From assembly GCA_000993685.1 (NCBI GenBank), contig LBWP01000003.1:6196-70195 (forward strand): DNA of 64,000 bases, written 5' to 3'. Origin of the DNA: Candidatus Woesebacteria bacterium GW2011_GWA1_39_21 (GTDB taxonomy: Bacteria; Patescibacteriota; Microgenomatia; UBA8517). The notes below the pieces were generated by a model, which saw only the letters and a list, made by a program, of their open reading frames with translations, was not told the origin of the DNA and did not search any database. The position numbers and the translations under genes are program-made. Position 1 is the stretch's first letter. Every line of letters begins with the position of its first letter. Positions 54,517 through 63,924 of the stretch are shown piece by piece.

Positions 54517-55612
54517 ACTGTTGATTGCAGCGGGACACGCTGGTTCAACGGCGTATGCGACAATTGAGGAGTTCAAAATACAAAATCCCAATTGGGGGAT
54601 TGTCTTTGTGGGATCTTCAAGCGCCATGGAGGGTCGCAAGTCCTCCACAATTGAAAACGCCTACATGCCAAAAATCGGGATAAAATTTATCCCAATTGTC
54701 AGTGGAAGATTGCAAAGGAAATTTACACTTTGGACGCTTCCGTCACTTTTGAAAATACCGATCGGGTTTGCCCATGCACTTTTCATTCTTCTTTCAGAAA
54801 GACCGAACGCAATTCTTTCATTTGGAGGTTTTTCCGCTTTTCCGATCGTTGTGATTGGCTGGTTACTGCGCATACCTGTTATCATTCATGATCAAACAAC
54901 ATCAGCAGGCAGGTCTAATTTAGCATCTGTGCCCTTCGCAAAGAAGATTGCCCTTTCGCGGGATGATAGTCTCAGGTATTTTCCAAAAAACAAATCCGAA
55001 GTGGTTGGAAACCCAATCTCAAAAGAGGTCATAACTTGCAAAAACAAAAAGTATGCAAAAAGAACAAGTGCTATCTTTATTGCCGGTGGTTCGCGAGGTT
55101 CGATTTCGCTTAACCGCCTTGCGATAACAATTCTTCCCGAACTTCTTCATGATTTTGTTGTCTATCATCAGACTGGTGACGTTGATTTTCCGGATATTAA
55201 AAAGTTTTTGTTAACATTAGACAGAAAAAGTCGAAATAGATATCACCCTTTCCCAAAGGTTGAGATGTGGAATTGGTACAAATATTTACGCGACAGTGAT
55301 ATTCTCGTTTCAAGGTCCGGTGCAAACATTGTTTCCGAAGCGTTGCAAATTGGCATACCGTCGATTTTTATTCCCCTGCCTTTTGCCTATAATGACGAGC
55401 AAAGAAAGAATGCGAAATACGCAGAGGATTTAGGTCTGTCAAGGGTGCTTGATGAAAAAGATTTAGATCCCAAGCGGCTTTATGTGGAAATTCTCGGGCT
55501 GTCGCGAAAGTGGGATAAAATTGTAAAATCTTACCAAAAACCAAAAATTGATGATAGTAAGGCTGCAGAAAAATTGTGTAAAATTATTTCCGAGTATGCA
55601 TTGGTTTTTTAG
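54506..55612 (+). CDS. murG: UDP-GlcNAc:lipid I N-acetylglucosaminyltransferase MurG.
   Basis: C-terminal SRSGANIVSEALQIGIPSIFIPLPFAYNDEQRKNAKYAEDLG (the MurG G-loop/HQ-N region). GT28 length. Confidence 0.75.
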   Translation: MNGKLLIAAGHAGSTAYATIEEFKIQNPNWGIVFVGSSSAMEGRKSSTIENAYMPKIGIKFIPIVSGRLQRKFTLWTLPSLLKIPIGFAHALFILLSERPNAILSFGGFSAFPIVVIGWLLRIPVIIHDQTTSAGRSNLASVPFAKKIALSRDDSLRYFPKNKSEVVGNPISKEVITCKNKKYAKRTSAIFIAGGSRGSISLNRLAITILPELLHDFVVYHQTGDVDFPDIKKFLLTLDRKSRNRYHPFPKVEMWNWYKYLRDSDILVSRSGANIVSEALQIGIPSIFIPLPFAYNDEQRKNAKYAEDLGLSRVLDEKDLDPKRLYVEILGLSRKWDKIVKSYQKPKIDDSKAAEKLCKIISEYALVF

Positions 55613-56285
55613 AATTCTTGCAGTTGTGGTCTTTTTGGCCGGGTCTTTTTTATCCTACTCATTCCTAAAAATAAAAAAAATTGAATGTGTGAGCCAGTAT
55701 ACAAAATGCAGTTCGGATTTAGGTGTGGGTTTGGACAAGATTCGTAAAGACAAGATCTTCTCAACACAAAATGAGATTCGCAACTACTTGAGCGTTGAAC
55801 CGTTGGTAAAAAAATACTCTATTCAATTTATGCTTGATGGTACGTTTATTGTTCGCATTCAAGAGCGAAACGCTAAGTATTGTTTAAGTTCTGGTGACAA
55901 AAGTTATTACACTGACGAGGAAGCTGTTGTGATAAAAATTGATAGCGCTAAAAAAACGAATTGTGTATCCGAAGAAGGTGTTGATTATCAGAAAGGAGAT
56001 AGATTAGAGTATAAAGAGTTGCAGTTTCAAAAGCTGTTTTATGAACTTCGTGATCTACCCGGTATTGGCGAAGCGAAGATCGAGGGAGATGCGATGAAGG
56101 TTCAATTCCGGGACGGAGTGAAAATGTTTTTTTTATACAACACTGATTTGGAATTGAGTGCGGGAAAGGCCTATTACATTGCGTCACAGTTTGATATTAT
56201 TAAAGAGTATATAATTAATAAAGGCTACACGAGTGTGTCAGAGGTAGATTTTCGTTTTAACAATCCGATAATTAGAGCTATATGA
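55596..56285 (+). CDS. ftsQ: Cell division protein FtsQ/DivIB (POTRA-containing).
   Basis: N-terminal TM (FFRILAVVVFLAGSFLSYSFL), then a beta-rich periplasmic domain. It is in the canonical murG–ftsQ–ftsA order. The start is set at the ATG at 55596 to avoid overlapping murG. Confidence 0.55.
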   Translation: MHWFFRILAVVVFLAGSFLSYSFLKIKKIECVSQYTKCSSDLGVGLDKIRKDKIFSTQNEIRNYLSVEPLVKKYSIQFMLDGTFIVRIQERNAKYCLSSGDKSYYTDEEAVVIKIDSAKKTNCVSEEGVDYQKGDRLEYKELQFQKLFYELRDLPGIGEAKIEGDAMKVQFRDGVKMFFLYNTDLELSAGKAYYIASQFDIIKEYIINKGYTSVSEVDFRFNNPIIRAI

Positions 56286-57562
56286 TGAAATCTAGATCGA
56301 CAATAATTGCTGCCATTGATATAGGATCAGAAAAAGTTACAACGTTGATAGCTAATGTTCAGACAGAACTAACTGATTTATCAAAAGTGATTAATGTCAT
56401 TGGAGTTGCGGCGAGCGAGTCGGGTGAAGGCAGAGGAATTAAAAAAGGTCAAATTGTAAATTTAGAAGAAGCAGTTGATGCTGTGATCGAGTCGGTAGAG
56501 TCTGCAGAAAGAATGGCTGGCCACAACGTCACCAAAGCATATCTTGCTTTAGGTGGTGCGCATATTCTCTCACAGAACTCACATGGGGTAGTTGCAATTT
56601 CAAACCCTGAAGGAGAGATTACACAAGCAGACATTAATCGAGTAATCGATGCCGCTTCGGCCGTTTCTTTGCCGCCGTCGCGTGTACTGATACACGTTAT
56701 TCCTAAAGAGTTTATAGTGGATGGTGACTCTGGTATTAAAGATCCCTTAAGAATGGAGGGTGTCCGTTTGGAAGCTGAGGCTCACTTGATCACTGCTTCT
56801 TCCTCTGCAGTTAAAAATATTGAAAAAGTGTTGGATGAGGTTGGGATAAAAGTGGAAGAGTTTATATATTCCGGTATCGCCTCTTCAGATGCGGTTTTGA
56901 CGAAGACAGAAAAGGAGCTTGGTTGTGTGATGATTGATATCGGTGCAGGAACGACTTCAATTGCGGTTTACGAAGAGGGTTCGTTAACATATTCTTATGT
57001 TCTTCCAATTGGTTCACGCAATGTTACAAAAGATTTGGCGACTGGGCTGCGGGTCTCCTTGGAGGCTGCTGAAAAAATCAAATTATCCCTCAATCCACTT
57101 CGTGAAAAAAAAGGTACGGAAGCTGAAGAATATCTTGATCTGACCAAGTATGACGCCGGTGAAGACAAAAAAGTTTCCAGAAAAACTGTATTAGAGGGAA
57201 TAATCCGCCCCAGGCTGAATGAAATATTTTCAATGGTCAAGACACAACTTGAGAAAGAAAAGTTGATTAATAAAATTCCTTCAGGTGCGATTATTACAGG
57301 TGGAGGAGCGCAAGTTTATGGAGTTGAAGAATCGGGCAAGAGACTCCTTTCTTTACCCGTACGAATCGGAAAGCCACATGGCGTTGAAGGTTTGGTTGAT
57401 GAAATCCTTAATACTTCTTTTTCTGTTCCTATCGGAGTACTGATAAATGCTTCAAAAAAGGAACCTAAAGATCACTTGACAAGTATATCAAAAAGGTTAA
57501 AACTACCAACTATAGGAATACTTGCAAAACTAGCAAAAATTTTTAAAGATCTCCTGCCCTGA
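56282..57562 (+). CDS. ftsA: Cell division protein FtsA (actin-like ATPase).
   Basis: IAAIDIGSEKVTTLIA (phosphate-1), DIGAGTTSIAVYEEG (phosphate-2), ITGGGAQVYGV (adenosine). Confidence 0.85.
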   Translation: MMKSRSTIIAAIDIGSEKVTTLIANVQTELTDLSKVINVIGVAASESGEGRGIKKGQIVNLEEAVDAVIESVESAERMAGHNVTKAYLALGGAHILSQNSHGVVAISNPEGEITQADINRVIDAASAVSLPPSRVLIHVIPKEFIVDGDSGIKDPLRMEGVRLEAEAHLITASSSAVKNIEKVLDEVGIKVEEFIYSGIASSDAVLTKTEKELGCVMIDIGAGTTSIAVYEEGSLTYSYVLPIGSRNVTKDLATGLRVSLEAAEKIKLSLNPLREKKGTEAEEYLDLTKYDAGEDKKVSRKTVLEGIIRPRLNEIFSMVKTQLEKEKLINKIPSGAIITGGGAQVYGVEESGKRLLSLPVRIGKPHGVEGLVDEILNTSFSVPIGVLINASKKEPKDHLTSISKRLKLPTIGILAKLAKIFKDLLP

Positions 57563-57732
57563 ATTAACTTAACTCACAAGATATTTCTAATTTGGGGGTA
57601 ACTAAATAACTACAGACCGAAAGCTTTTATTTGCTAAAAAAATTGCAAATTTTTAAAATATGCATTGTTGTCATATTTGGACTGCGAGTTGTTTTTTACA
57701 TTGCCCCATAATAAAATCACGGAAATAGATAT

Positions 57733-58896
57733 ATGGCATTAGTAAAACCGGATTCAGGTAGAATCGCAAAAATAAAAGTTATCGGAGTTGGTGGAGGAGG
57801 GGGAAATGCTGTTAGTTCGATGGTCGAGAGCGGCAACATCAGCGGTGTTGAATTCATTGCTGTTAATACCGATGCGCAGGTACTTTTAGCAAATAAAGCT
57901 TCAACGAAAATTCAGATAGGCGAAAAAATAACTAAGGGTCTAGGTGTTGGTGGTAACCCGGAAATCGGGACGCAGGCGGCGGAGGAATCTCAGGAGAAAC
58001 TCAAAGAGCTCATGATTGATTCCGACATGGTGTTTGTTACAGCTGGAATGGGAGGGGGTACGGGAACGGGAGCGGCGCCAACAATCGCCCGCTTAGCCAA
58101 AGAGTCTGGTGCCTTGACTGTAGCGGTTGTTACGCGTCCTTTTCATTTTGAGGGTACAAGACGCGCTGTTGTTGCGGATGACGGTGTTGACAAGTTAAGA
58201 AACGAGGTCGATACATTAATCGTTATTCCTAACCAGAGATTAATGGATGTAATTGATCGGAAGATGACACTTGTTGACGCCTTCAGAATTGTTGATTCTG
58301 TTTTGGCACAAGCTGTTGGCGGAATTTCAGAGATAATTACGGTTCCCGGACTTGTTAACGTCGATTTTGCCGATGTGAAGACTATTATGAAAGAGGCGGG
58401 CTCCGCGCTTTTGGGAATCGGGACGGGCGTTGGTGAGAATCGGGCGCAAATGGCGGCAAGGGCGGCAATTGCCTCTCCACTGCTTGATCTGTCAATTGAA
58501 GGTGCAACTGGGGTACTTTTTAATATCACGGGTGGACCCGATCTCACAATGTTTGAGGTTGATGAGGCGGCAAGAGTAATATCATCTTCAGCAGAACCCG
58601 ACGCTAATATTATCTTTGGAGCGGTGATTAAAAATGATATGGCCGACCAAGTAAGAATTACAGTTGTCGCGACCGGTTTTGATGAAGCAAAATCGAGACT
58701 TGCGAAAATGAGTCAGAAAACTGAGCCGCAATTTCAGGGCGTTGTCAGCGAAAGAGGAGAAGAGCAAAAAGGTGAAGAGATAACTCAGACAGATAGCCGC
58801 TCGTTTGAAGAAAGTGTTGAGGCTGATGATGAAATTGATGAGTTCGGTAAAAAGTTTGAGATTCCTGCATTTTTAAGAAGGATAAAGCAAGGATGA
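57733..58896 (+). CDS. ftsZ: Cell division GTPase FtsZ.
   Basis: [14 protein letters not shown], the tubulin signature [10 protein letters not shown], and NTDAQ. An acidic C-terminal tail ends in [15 protein letters not shown]. Confidence 0.9.
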   Translation: MALVKPDSGRIAKIKVIGVGGGGGNAVSSMVESGNISGVEFIAVNTDAQVLLANKASTKIQIGEKITKGLGVGGNPEIGTQAAEESQEKLKELMIDSDMVFVTAGMGGGTGTGAAPTIARLAKESGALTVAVVTRPFHFEGTRRAVVADDGVDKLRNEVDTLIVIPNQRLMDVIDRKMTLVDAFRIVDSVLAQAVGGISEIITVPGLVNVDFADVKTIMKEAGSALLGIGTGVGENRAQMAARAAIASPLLDLSIEGATGVLFNITGGPDLTMFEVDEAARVISSSAEPDANIIFGAVIKNDMADQVRITVVATGFDEAKSRLAKMSQKTEPQFQGVVSERGEEQKGEEITQTDSRSFEESVEADDEIDEFGKKFEIPAFLRRIKQG

Positions 58897-58971
58897 GTTC
58901 TGAAAGTAAATTAATTGTCTGACCTTTCATCTTCGGGCTTTGTGAAATCTATTGTCTTCGAGAGAGAAAAA

Positions 58972-59155
58972 ACCGTCATTTTATAACAACGTTCAAGAAA
59001 ACCCCACCCTTCAGGGTGGGGATGAACCGCCTGCTTAGCTGCGCAAGCTAGCGGGCAGGATTGAACTCTGAAAATGCGTAAGCGGAGTCAAGCTTTGCTT
59101 TTATGTCATCCTCCTTGGGGACACCCCACCTATTAAGGCGGGGAGGATGTCATTA
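58972..59155 (-). repeat. Copy 2 of the modular structured repeat element. This is the expanded version, with two inserted hairpin modules.
   Basis: Read on the - strand: atgacatcctcc-CCGCCTTaataGGTGGGG-tgtccccaa-ggaggatgacat, aaaagcaaagcttgactccgcttacgcattttcag, agttcaat, [cctgcccgctagcttgcgcagctaagcaggcgg], ttcat, ccccaccctgaagggtggggttttctt, gaacgttgttataaaatg. The aaagcaaagctt… module is shared with copy 3 and absent from copy 1. Confidence 0.6.
58995..59021 (-). terminator. Intrinsic-terminator-like hairpin inside repeat copy 2 (- strand).
   Basis: On the - strand, CCCCACCC-tgaa-GGGTGGGG followed by TTTTCTT. It is identical to the hairpin in copy 1. Confidence 0.35.
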
Positions 59156-59205
59156 AAAGACTTGACCTTATTCAAATAGGAAGAAAATTGTTGTAAAATT
59201 TCCCC

Positions 59206-62106
59206 ATGATGAGCAATAAACCTCGTTTTGAAGATATTTCGACAAATTGCAATTTTGTTGAAGAAGAAAAAAAATTGATTAAACATTGGTACCAAGACGG
59301 TGTCGTAAAAAAATATTTAGATAAAAACAAATCTGCGAAAGAGTTTTTTTCCTTTTTAGATGGTCCAATTACGGCAAATAACCCGATGGGTGTCCATCAT
59401 GCTTGGGGTAGAACTTACAAAGACCTTTTTCAGAGATACAAAAATATGAAGGGATTCAAGCAACGATTTCAAAATGGCTTTGACTGCCAGGGTCTTTGGG
59501 TTGAGGTGGAAGTTGAAAAAGAACTTGGTTTTAAAAGTAAAAAGGATATCGATAAGTACGGGGTGGCGAATTTCATCAATAAATGTAAAAAGCGAGTCAA
59601 TAAATATTCAGCCATGCAAACACAACAAACAATCAGGTTGGGTAATTTTATGGATTGGGACAATTCCTACTACACAATGAGTGATGACAACAATTACATG
59701 ATTTGGCATTTTCTCAAAGAATGTAAGCAAAAGAATTTAATCTACAAAGGGATAGACGTTGTTCCCTGGTGTTACCGTTGCGAAACCGCAATTTCAGAAC
59801 ATGAGATACTTACCGAAGACTATAAAGACGTCGAACACACCTCTATCTACTTTCGACTGCCGATAACTGGTCGGAAAAATGAATTTTTACTGGTCTGGAC
59901 AACTACACCATGGACTATCCCTGCAAATATCGCAGTTTCAGTTGATGGAGAAAATAATTATTCATTGGTTGATTTTGAAGGTAAATATTACTGGGTGATG
60001 AATAAACTTGTTCAGAAAATATTTATTAGAGACTACAAGATTTTAAAAACAGTTAAGGGTACTGATTTGGATGGGTTTGCTTACACATCTGCGTTTGACG
60101 ATCTTCAGTCAAATAAAGCACTTTCTAAAGATAAACTGTTTCATACTGTAGTTATAACAGACTCAATGATTATGCCTATTACCGAAGAAGAAGGAACAGG
60201 GCTTGTGCATACCTCAACGGGAACCGGAGCTGAGGATCATAGGCTTGGTAAGAAGATCGGTCTTCCGATTATGCCTGCAATTAAAGACAATGCGGATTAT
60301 ATTGAAGGTTTTGGCGATCTTTCTGGAAAAAATGCAAAGCAAAACCCTGAATTAATTTTTGATATTTTGAAAACAAAGAAAGATGGTCTGTTTTTGTTTA
60401 AGTTAGAAAATTACCGTCATAGATACCCAGCGTGTTGGCGCTGTAAAAGTGAACTGGTGTGGAAATTAACCGACGAATGGTATATCGCCATCGAACCAGT
60501 CAGGGAAAAGATGAAAAAAAACGCGAAGGCGATTAGTTGGATCCCCGAGTTTGGTTTGAAAAGGGAATTGGACTGGCTGTCGAACATGCACGACTGGTTG
60601 ATTTCGAAAAAAAATCGCTATTGGGGTTTAGCTTTGCCAATTTGGGAATGTGATTGCGGTAATTTTGAGGTTGTCGGTGGCTTTGACGAACTGAGGCAAA
60701 AAGCTGTAGAAGGCTGGAACGTGTTTGAAGGGCACACTCCACACAAGCCTTTTATCGATAAAGTTAAGATCAAATGTGGCAAGTGTGGAAAAACTATCAG
60801 TAGGATTTCCGATGTTGGTAATCCATGGTTGGACGCGGGTATAGTTCCATTCTCGACAATCTCTTCTAACAATCGATCAAAACCACTTTATATTACAGAT
60901 AAGGAGGAATTCCACCGTTGGTTTCCAGCAGACTTCATTACTGAAAGTTTTCCTGGTCAATTCAAAAATTGGTTTTACTCGGTTCTCGCAATGAGCACAA
61001 TCTTAGAGAACAAAATTCCCTACAAAACAGTGTTTGGTTTTGCCACTTTGGTTGCCGAAGACGGTAGGCCGATGCATAAAAGTTGGGGGAACTCGATTGA
61101 ATTTAATGATGGAGCCGAAAAAATTGGCGCCGATGTTATGCGCTGGATGTTTGTTTGTGCCAACCCGGCGGATAATTTACTTTTTGGTTATAAAAATGCC
61201 GATGAAGTTAGAAGAAGGTTTTATTTGAAGTTGTGGAACAGCTATAACTTTTTTGTGACATATGCCAACTTAGATCTCTATGCTCCGACCAAAAGTGTTG
61301 ATTTCAAAACTGGTAGTTTAACAATTCTTGACAAGTGGATACTGACTAGGCTTAAGGAAACGTTGACTGGTGTTGATACGATGTTGGCGGAATACAACAG
61401 CGCGTCGGCAGCGTTGAAAATAGAAGATTTTGTTAACGACTTCTCGAATTGGTATATTAGAAGATCTCGAAGTCGGGTTGGTATCGCTGCCTCGGATCTT
61501 AATGATAAAAAAACTTTTTATGACGTTTCATATACAATCCTTCTGACACTGTCGAAAATGCTTGCGCCGCTTTTACCTTTTTTATCAGAACTTATTTACA
61601 CGAATTTGACAAAAAACGAAAGCGTCCACTTAGAAGACTGGCCGGATTTTCACTATGAGATCGACATTTTTATGACAGAGCAGATGTCTGTTGTCCGCAA
61701 AGCTGCCGAGGCAATCCACTCAGAAAGAAAGAAAAAAAATATTGCAATCAGTCAACCGCTTTTGGGAGCAGAGATTTACGGACCTTCCCAAAAACCTGAT
61801 AGCCGATATCTACAGATTTTGCTTGAAGAGACTAATTTGCTCAGCCTTAACTGGGTAAAAAAGGGTGCGGTTTACCAGGTTACCCTCAACGAAAAAATTA
61901 CTCCCGAGTTGGAGGAGCAGGCAAAGACAAGAAAACTTGTTCGAAAGATCCAAAACGCGCGAAAAGTTCTTGGCGTGAAGCTTAATGAAAAGGTCGAGGT
62001 TATTTCCGATTGGCTGCCGAGCGACAAAAAACTTCTTGCTTTTATCAAAGAGAAAACCCTTGCCACCGAATTAGTCTCTGGCGATGAGTTCAAAGTTGAA
62101 AAGTAA
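59206..62106 (+). CDS. ileS: Isoleucine--tRNA ligase.
   Basis: 966 aa class I synthetase. The editing-domain motif LLVWTTTPWTIPANIAVSV (the IleS WTTTPWTLP signature), CWRCKSELVWKLTDEWYI, a KMSKS-region variant PMHKSWGN, and Zn-knuckle CGKCGK. It sits downstream of ftsZ, as in many Gram-positive dcw regions. Confidence 0.7.
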   Translation: MMSNKPRFEDISTNCNFVEEEKKLIKHWYQDGVVKKYLDKNKSAKEFFSFLDGPITANNPMGVHHAWGRTYKDLFQRYKNMKGFKQRFQNGFDCQGLWVEVEVEKELGFKSKKDIDKYGVANFINKCKKRVNKYSAMQTQQTIRLGNFMDWDNSYYTMSDDNNYMIWHFLKECKQKNLIYKGIDVVPWCYRCETAISEHEILTEDYKDVEHTSIYFRLPITGRKNEFLLVWTTTPWTIPANIAVSVDGENNYSLVDFEGKYYWVMNKLVQKIFIRDYKILKTVKGTDLDGFAYTSAFDDLQSNKALSKDKLFHTVVITDSMIMPITEEEGTGLVHTSTGTGAEDHRLGKKIGLPIMPAIKDNADYIEGFGDLSGKNAKQNPELIFDILKTKKDGLFLFKLENYRHRYPACWRCKSELVWKLTDEWYIAIEPVREKMKKNAKAISWIPEFGLKRELDWLSNMHDWLISKKNRYWGLALPIWECDCGNFEVVGGFDELRQKAVEGWNVFEGHTPHKPFIDKVKIKCGKCGKTISRISDVGNPWLDAGIVPFSTISSNNRSKPLYITDKEEFHRWFPADFITESFPGQFKNWFYSVLAMSTILENKIPYKTVFGFATLVAEDGRPMHKSWGNSIEFNDGAEKIGADVMRWMFVCANPADNLLFGYKNADEVRRRFYLKLWNSYNFFVTYANLDLYAPTKSVDFKTGSLTILDKWILTRLKETLTGVDTMLAEYNSASAALKIEDFVNDFSNWYIRRSRSRVGIAASDLNDKKTFYDVSYTILLTLSKMLAPLLPFLSELIYTNLTKNESVHLEDWPDFHYEIDIFMTEQMSVVRKAAEAIHSERKKKNIAISQPLLGAEIYGPSQKPDSRYLQILLEETNLLSLNWVKKGAVYQVTLNEKITPELEEQAKTRKLVRKIQNARKVLGVKLNEKVEVISDWLPSDKKLLAFIKEKTLATELVSGDEFKVEK

Positions 62107-62114
62107 ATAATTTC

Positions 62115-63182
62115 GTGAAGTTTTTTCCAAAACCCTTTTTACAGGAGCCGATTGTAATTTTTTGCGCCTTAGTCCTTTTAACGACTGGTGTCTTCATCCT
62201 GAATTCACTTTCCCCAGATCTATTTCCGCAGTACTACATCTACATTTTGGTGGCTTTAAGTGTTTTTTATCTACTCTATCTATTTGGGTTTGATATCGTG
62301 AAGTATTTTACAACCCATCTGTACGTTTTTTCTATTGTACTTCTCGTATTAACCTTAGTAATTGGGCGGGTAACGAGAGGCGCTGTTAGGTGGATTCCTT
62401 TGGGAGACTATTCTTTTCAAGCCTCTGAAGTTGTCAGACCGTTTTTGCTTTTGTTTTTTGCGCAGAGGCTTTCTGGTGTCAGAAAGAGTATTGCAAAAAT
62501 TGCAAAACTTGGTTTACTTGCGATGCTTCCCGTTTTGTTGATTGCGATTCAACCTTCATTCGGGGTTGCACTTTTGACGACGATTGGTATTTCCGTAATA
62601 TTTGCCTTTAAATTGCTGCGCGGAAAAAGTTTTATTGCAATTTTATTTATTGTCCTTTTGGGAGTTCCCTTAGTGTGGACTTTTTTTAAACCTTATCAAA
62701 GAGAACGTATATCAAACTTTTTTATCTACGAGTCGGATCCGTCGGGATCTGGTTACAACACAATTCAATCAATCATCTCAACAGGTTCCGGAGGACTGCT
62801 TGGAAGAGGTTTTAAGAAGGGGTTCCAGACTCAGCTACGGTACTTACCAGAAAAACATACGGATTTTGTCTTCGCTGGAATTTCTGAAGAATTGGGTTTT
62901 GTAGGCGCGTCGATTGTTTTAGCCGCACTTTTTATTTTGTATTTTCGGATAATTTCACTTGCTTGCAACTCTGACGACGAAGCTTATACTCTGTTTGCAA
63001 TTGGTTCAGTTGTTGTTTTGATTGGTGAGACAGTAATTAATGTTGGGATGAACTTGGGGTTACTTCCGATAACAGGTATACCCTTACCTTTGGTCTCCGC
63101 GGGCGGGTCGTCGCTGCTTTCCTCTTTCATAACGCTGTCACTTATCATGAGCGGGAAAAGTGTAAAGAAAGTCTTGAGATAA
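62115..63182 (+). CDS. Second SEDS-family protein (RodA/FtsW-like peptidoglycan glycosyltransferase).
   Basis: Ten TM helices, and a C-terminal GIPLPLVSAGGSSLLSSFITLSLIMS (SEDS signature). Confidence 0.7.
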   Translation: MKFFPKPFLQEPIVIFCALVLLTTGVFILNSLSPDLFPQYYIYILVALSVFYLLYLFGFDIVKYFTTHLYVFSIVLLVLTLVIGRVTRGAVRWIPLGDYSFQASEVVRPFLLLFFAQRLSGVRKSIAKIAKLGLLAMLPVLLIAIQPSFGVALLTTIGISVIFAFKLLRGKSFIAILFIVLLGVPLVWTFFKPYQRERISNFFIYESDPSGSGYNTIQSIISTGSGGLLGRGFKKGFQTQLRYLPEKHTDFVFAGISEELGFVGASIVLAALFILYFRIISLACNSDDEAYTLFAIGSVVVLIGETVINVGMNLGLLPITGIPLPLVSAGGSSLLSSFITLSLIMSGKSVKKVLR

Positions 63183-63210
63183 TTAACAAATACGCGTAAA
63201 ATAGCATGAT

Positions 63211-63507
63211 ATGAAATACGCAGTAATCAAAATTTCTGGCAAGCAGCACAAAGTTGTTGAGGGAGAACGTTTACTTGTTGATAAGTTAAACGAAGAAAAA
63301 ATAGACACACTTCTTGTTCGGGACGGAGACGAGACAATTATCGGGAAACCATATGTAAGCAGGGCGAAAGTAAGTTTTAAAAAAGAAGAAGTCGTAAAAG
63401 GTAAAAAAATTGATATCCTAAAATACAAGGCAAAATCGAGATATCGAAAACATCTCGGCTTTCGACCCCAGTATACTCCGATTGTAATTGAGAAAATATC
63501 TTTATAA
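63211..63507 (+). CDS. rplU: 50S ribosomal protein L21.
   Basis: MKYAVIKISGKQHKVVEGERLLVDKL, the canonical bL21 N-terminus. 98 aa. Confidence 0.85.
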   Translation: MKYAVIKISGKQHKVVEGERLLVDKLNEEKIDTLLVRDGDETIIGKPYVSRAKVSFKKEEVVKGKKIDILKYKAKSRYRKHLGFRPQYTPIVIEKISL

Positions 63508-63537
63508 CTATATACTTTTATAACATACTGCATACTC

Positions 63538-63566
63538 TTGACAAGCGTGAAAATATTGACTATAGT
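63538..63566 (+). promoter_or_regulatory. Near-consensus sigma70-type promoter for rpmA.
   Basis: TTGACA (63538-63543), a 17-nt spacer, TATAGT (63561-63566). The rpmA ATG is ~90 nt downstream. Confidence 0.45.
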
Positions 63567-63654
63567 CTAGATATTCATTTTTTCCTTTTTAAAATAGTTG
63601 ATAATTAACTTTTTTCTAAGTTAATATATTCATACAGATATAGAATAGAAAAGT

Positions 63655-63903
63655 ATGTCAAAGAAAAAACAAGGCGGAAAACTTGTACAACAAAAGAGAA
63701 CGCAGCCTAAGTATTTAGGTGTAAAACTTCATGACGGCCAAAAAGTTACAACCGGTGCAGTTATTGTTCGGCAGCGAGGAACAAAATATTTGCCTGGAAT
63801 GTCAGTTTCTGTTGGGAAAGATCATACTTTGTTTGCAATGGAAAGCGGAGTCGTTAAGTTTAAAACACGATTGGGCAGGAAAATGGTTAGTGTCGTTTCA
63901 TGA
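63655..63903 (+). CDS. rpmA: 50S ribosomal protein L27.
   Basis: MSKKKQGGKLVQQKRTQPKYLGVKLHDGQKVTTGAVIVRQRGTKYLPG. The bL27 signature. Confidence 0.9.
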   Translation: MSKKKQGGKLVQQKRTQPKYLGVKLHDGQKVTTGAVIVRQRGTKYLPGMSVSVGKDHTLFAMESGVVKFKTRLGRKMVSVVS

Positions 63904-63924
63904 GAAAGTAGTTTATTAATCAGT

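Noticed and set aside
58897-58971. Possible terminator hairpin right after ftsZ (ctttcatcttcgggctttgtgaaat).
   Set aside because: The stem is short, AU-rich and imperfect, and no U-tract follows. It is not convincing as an intrinsic terminator.
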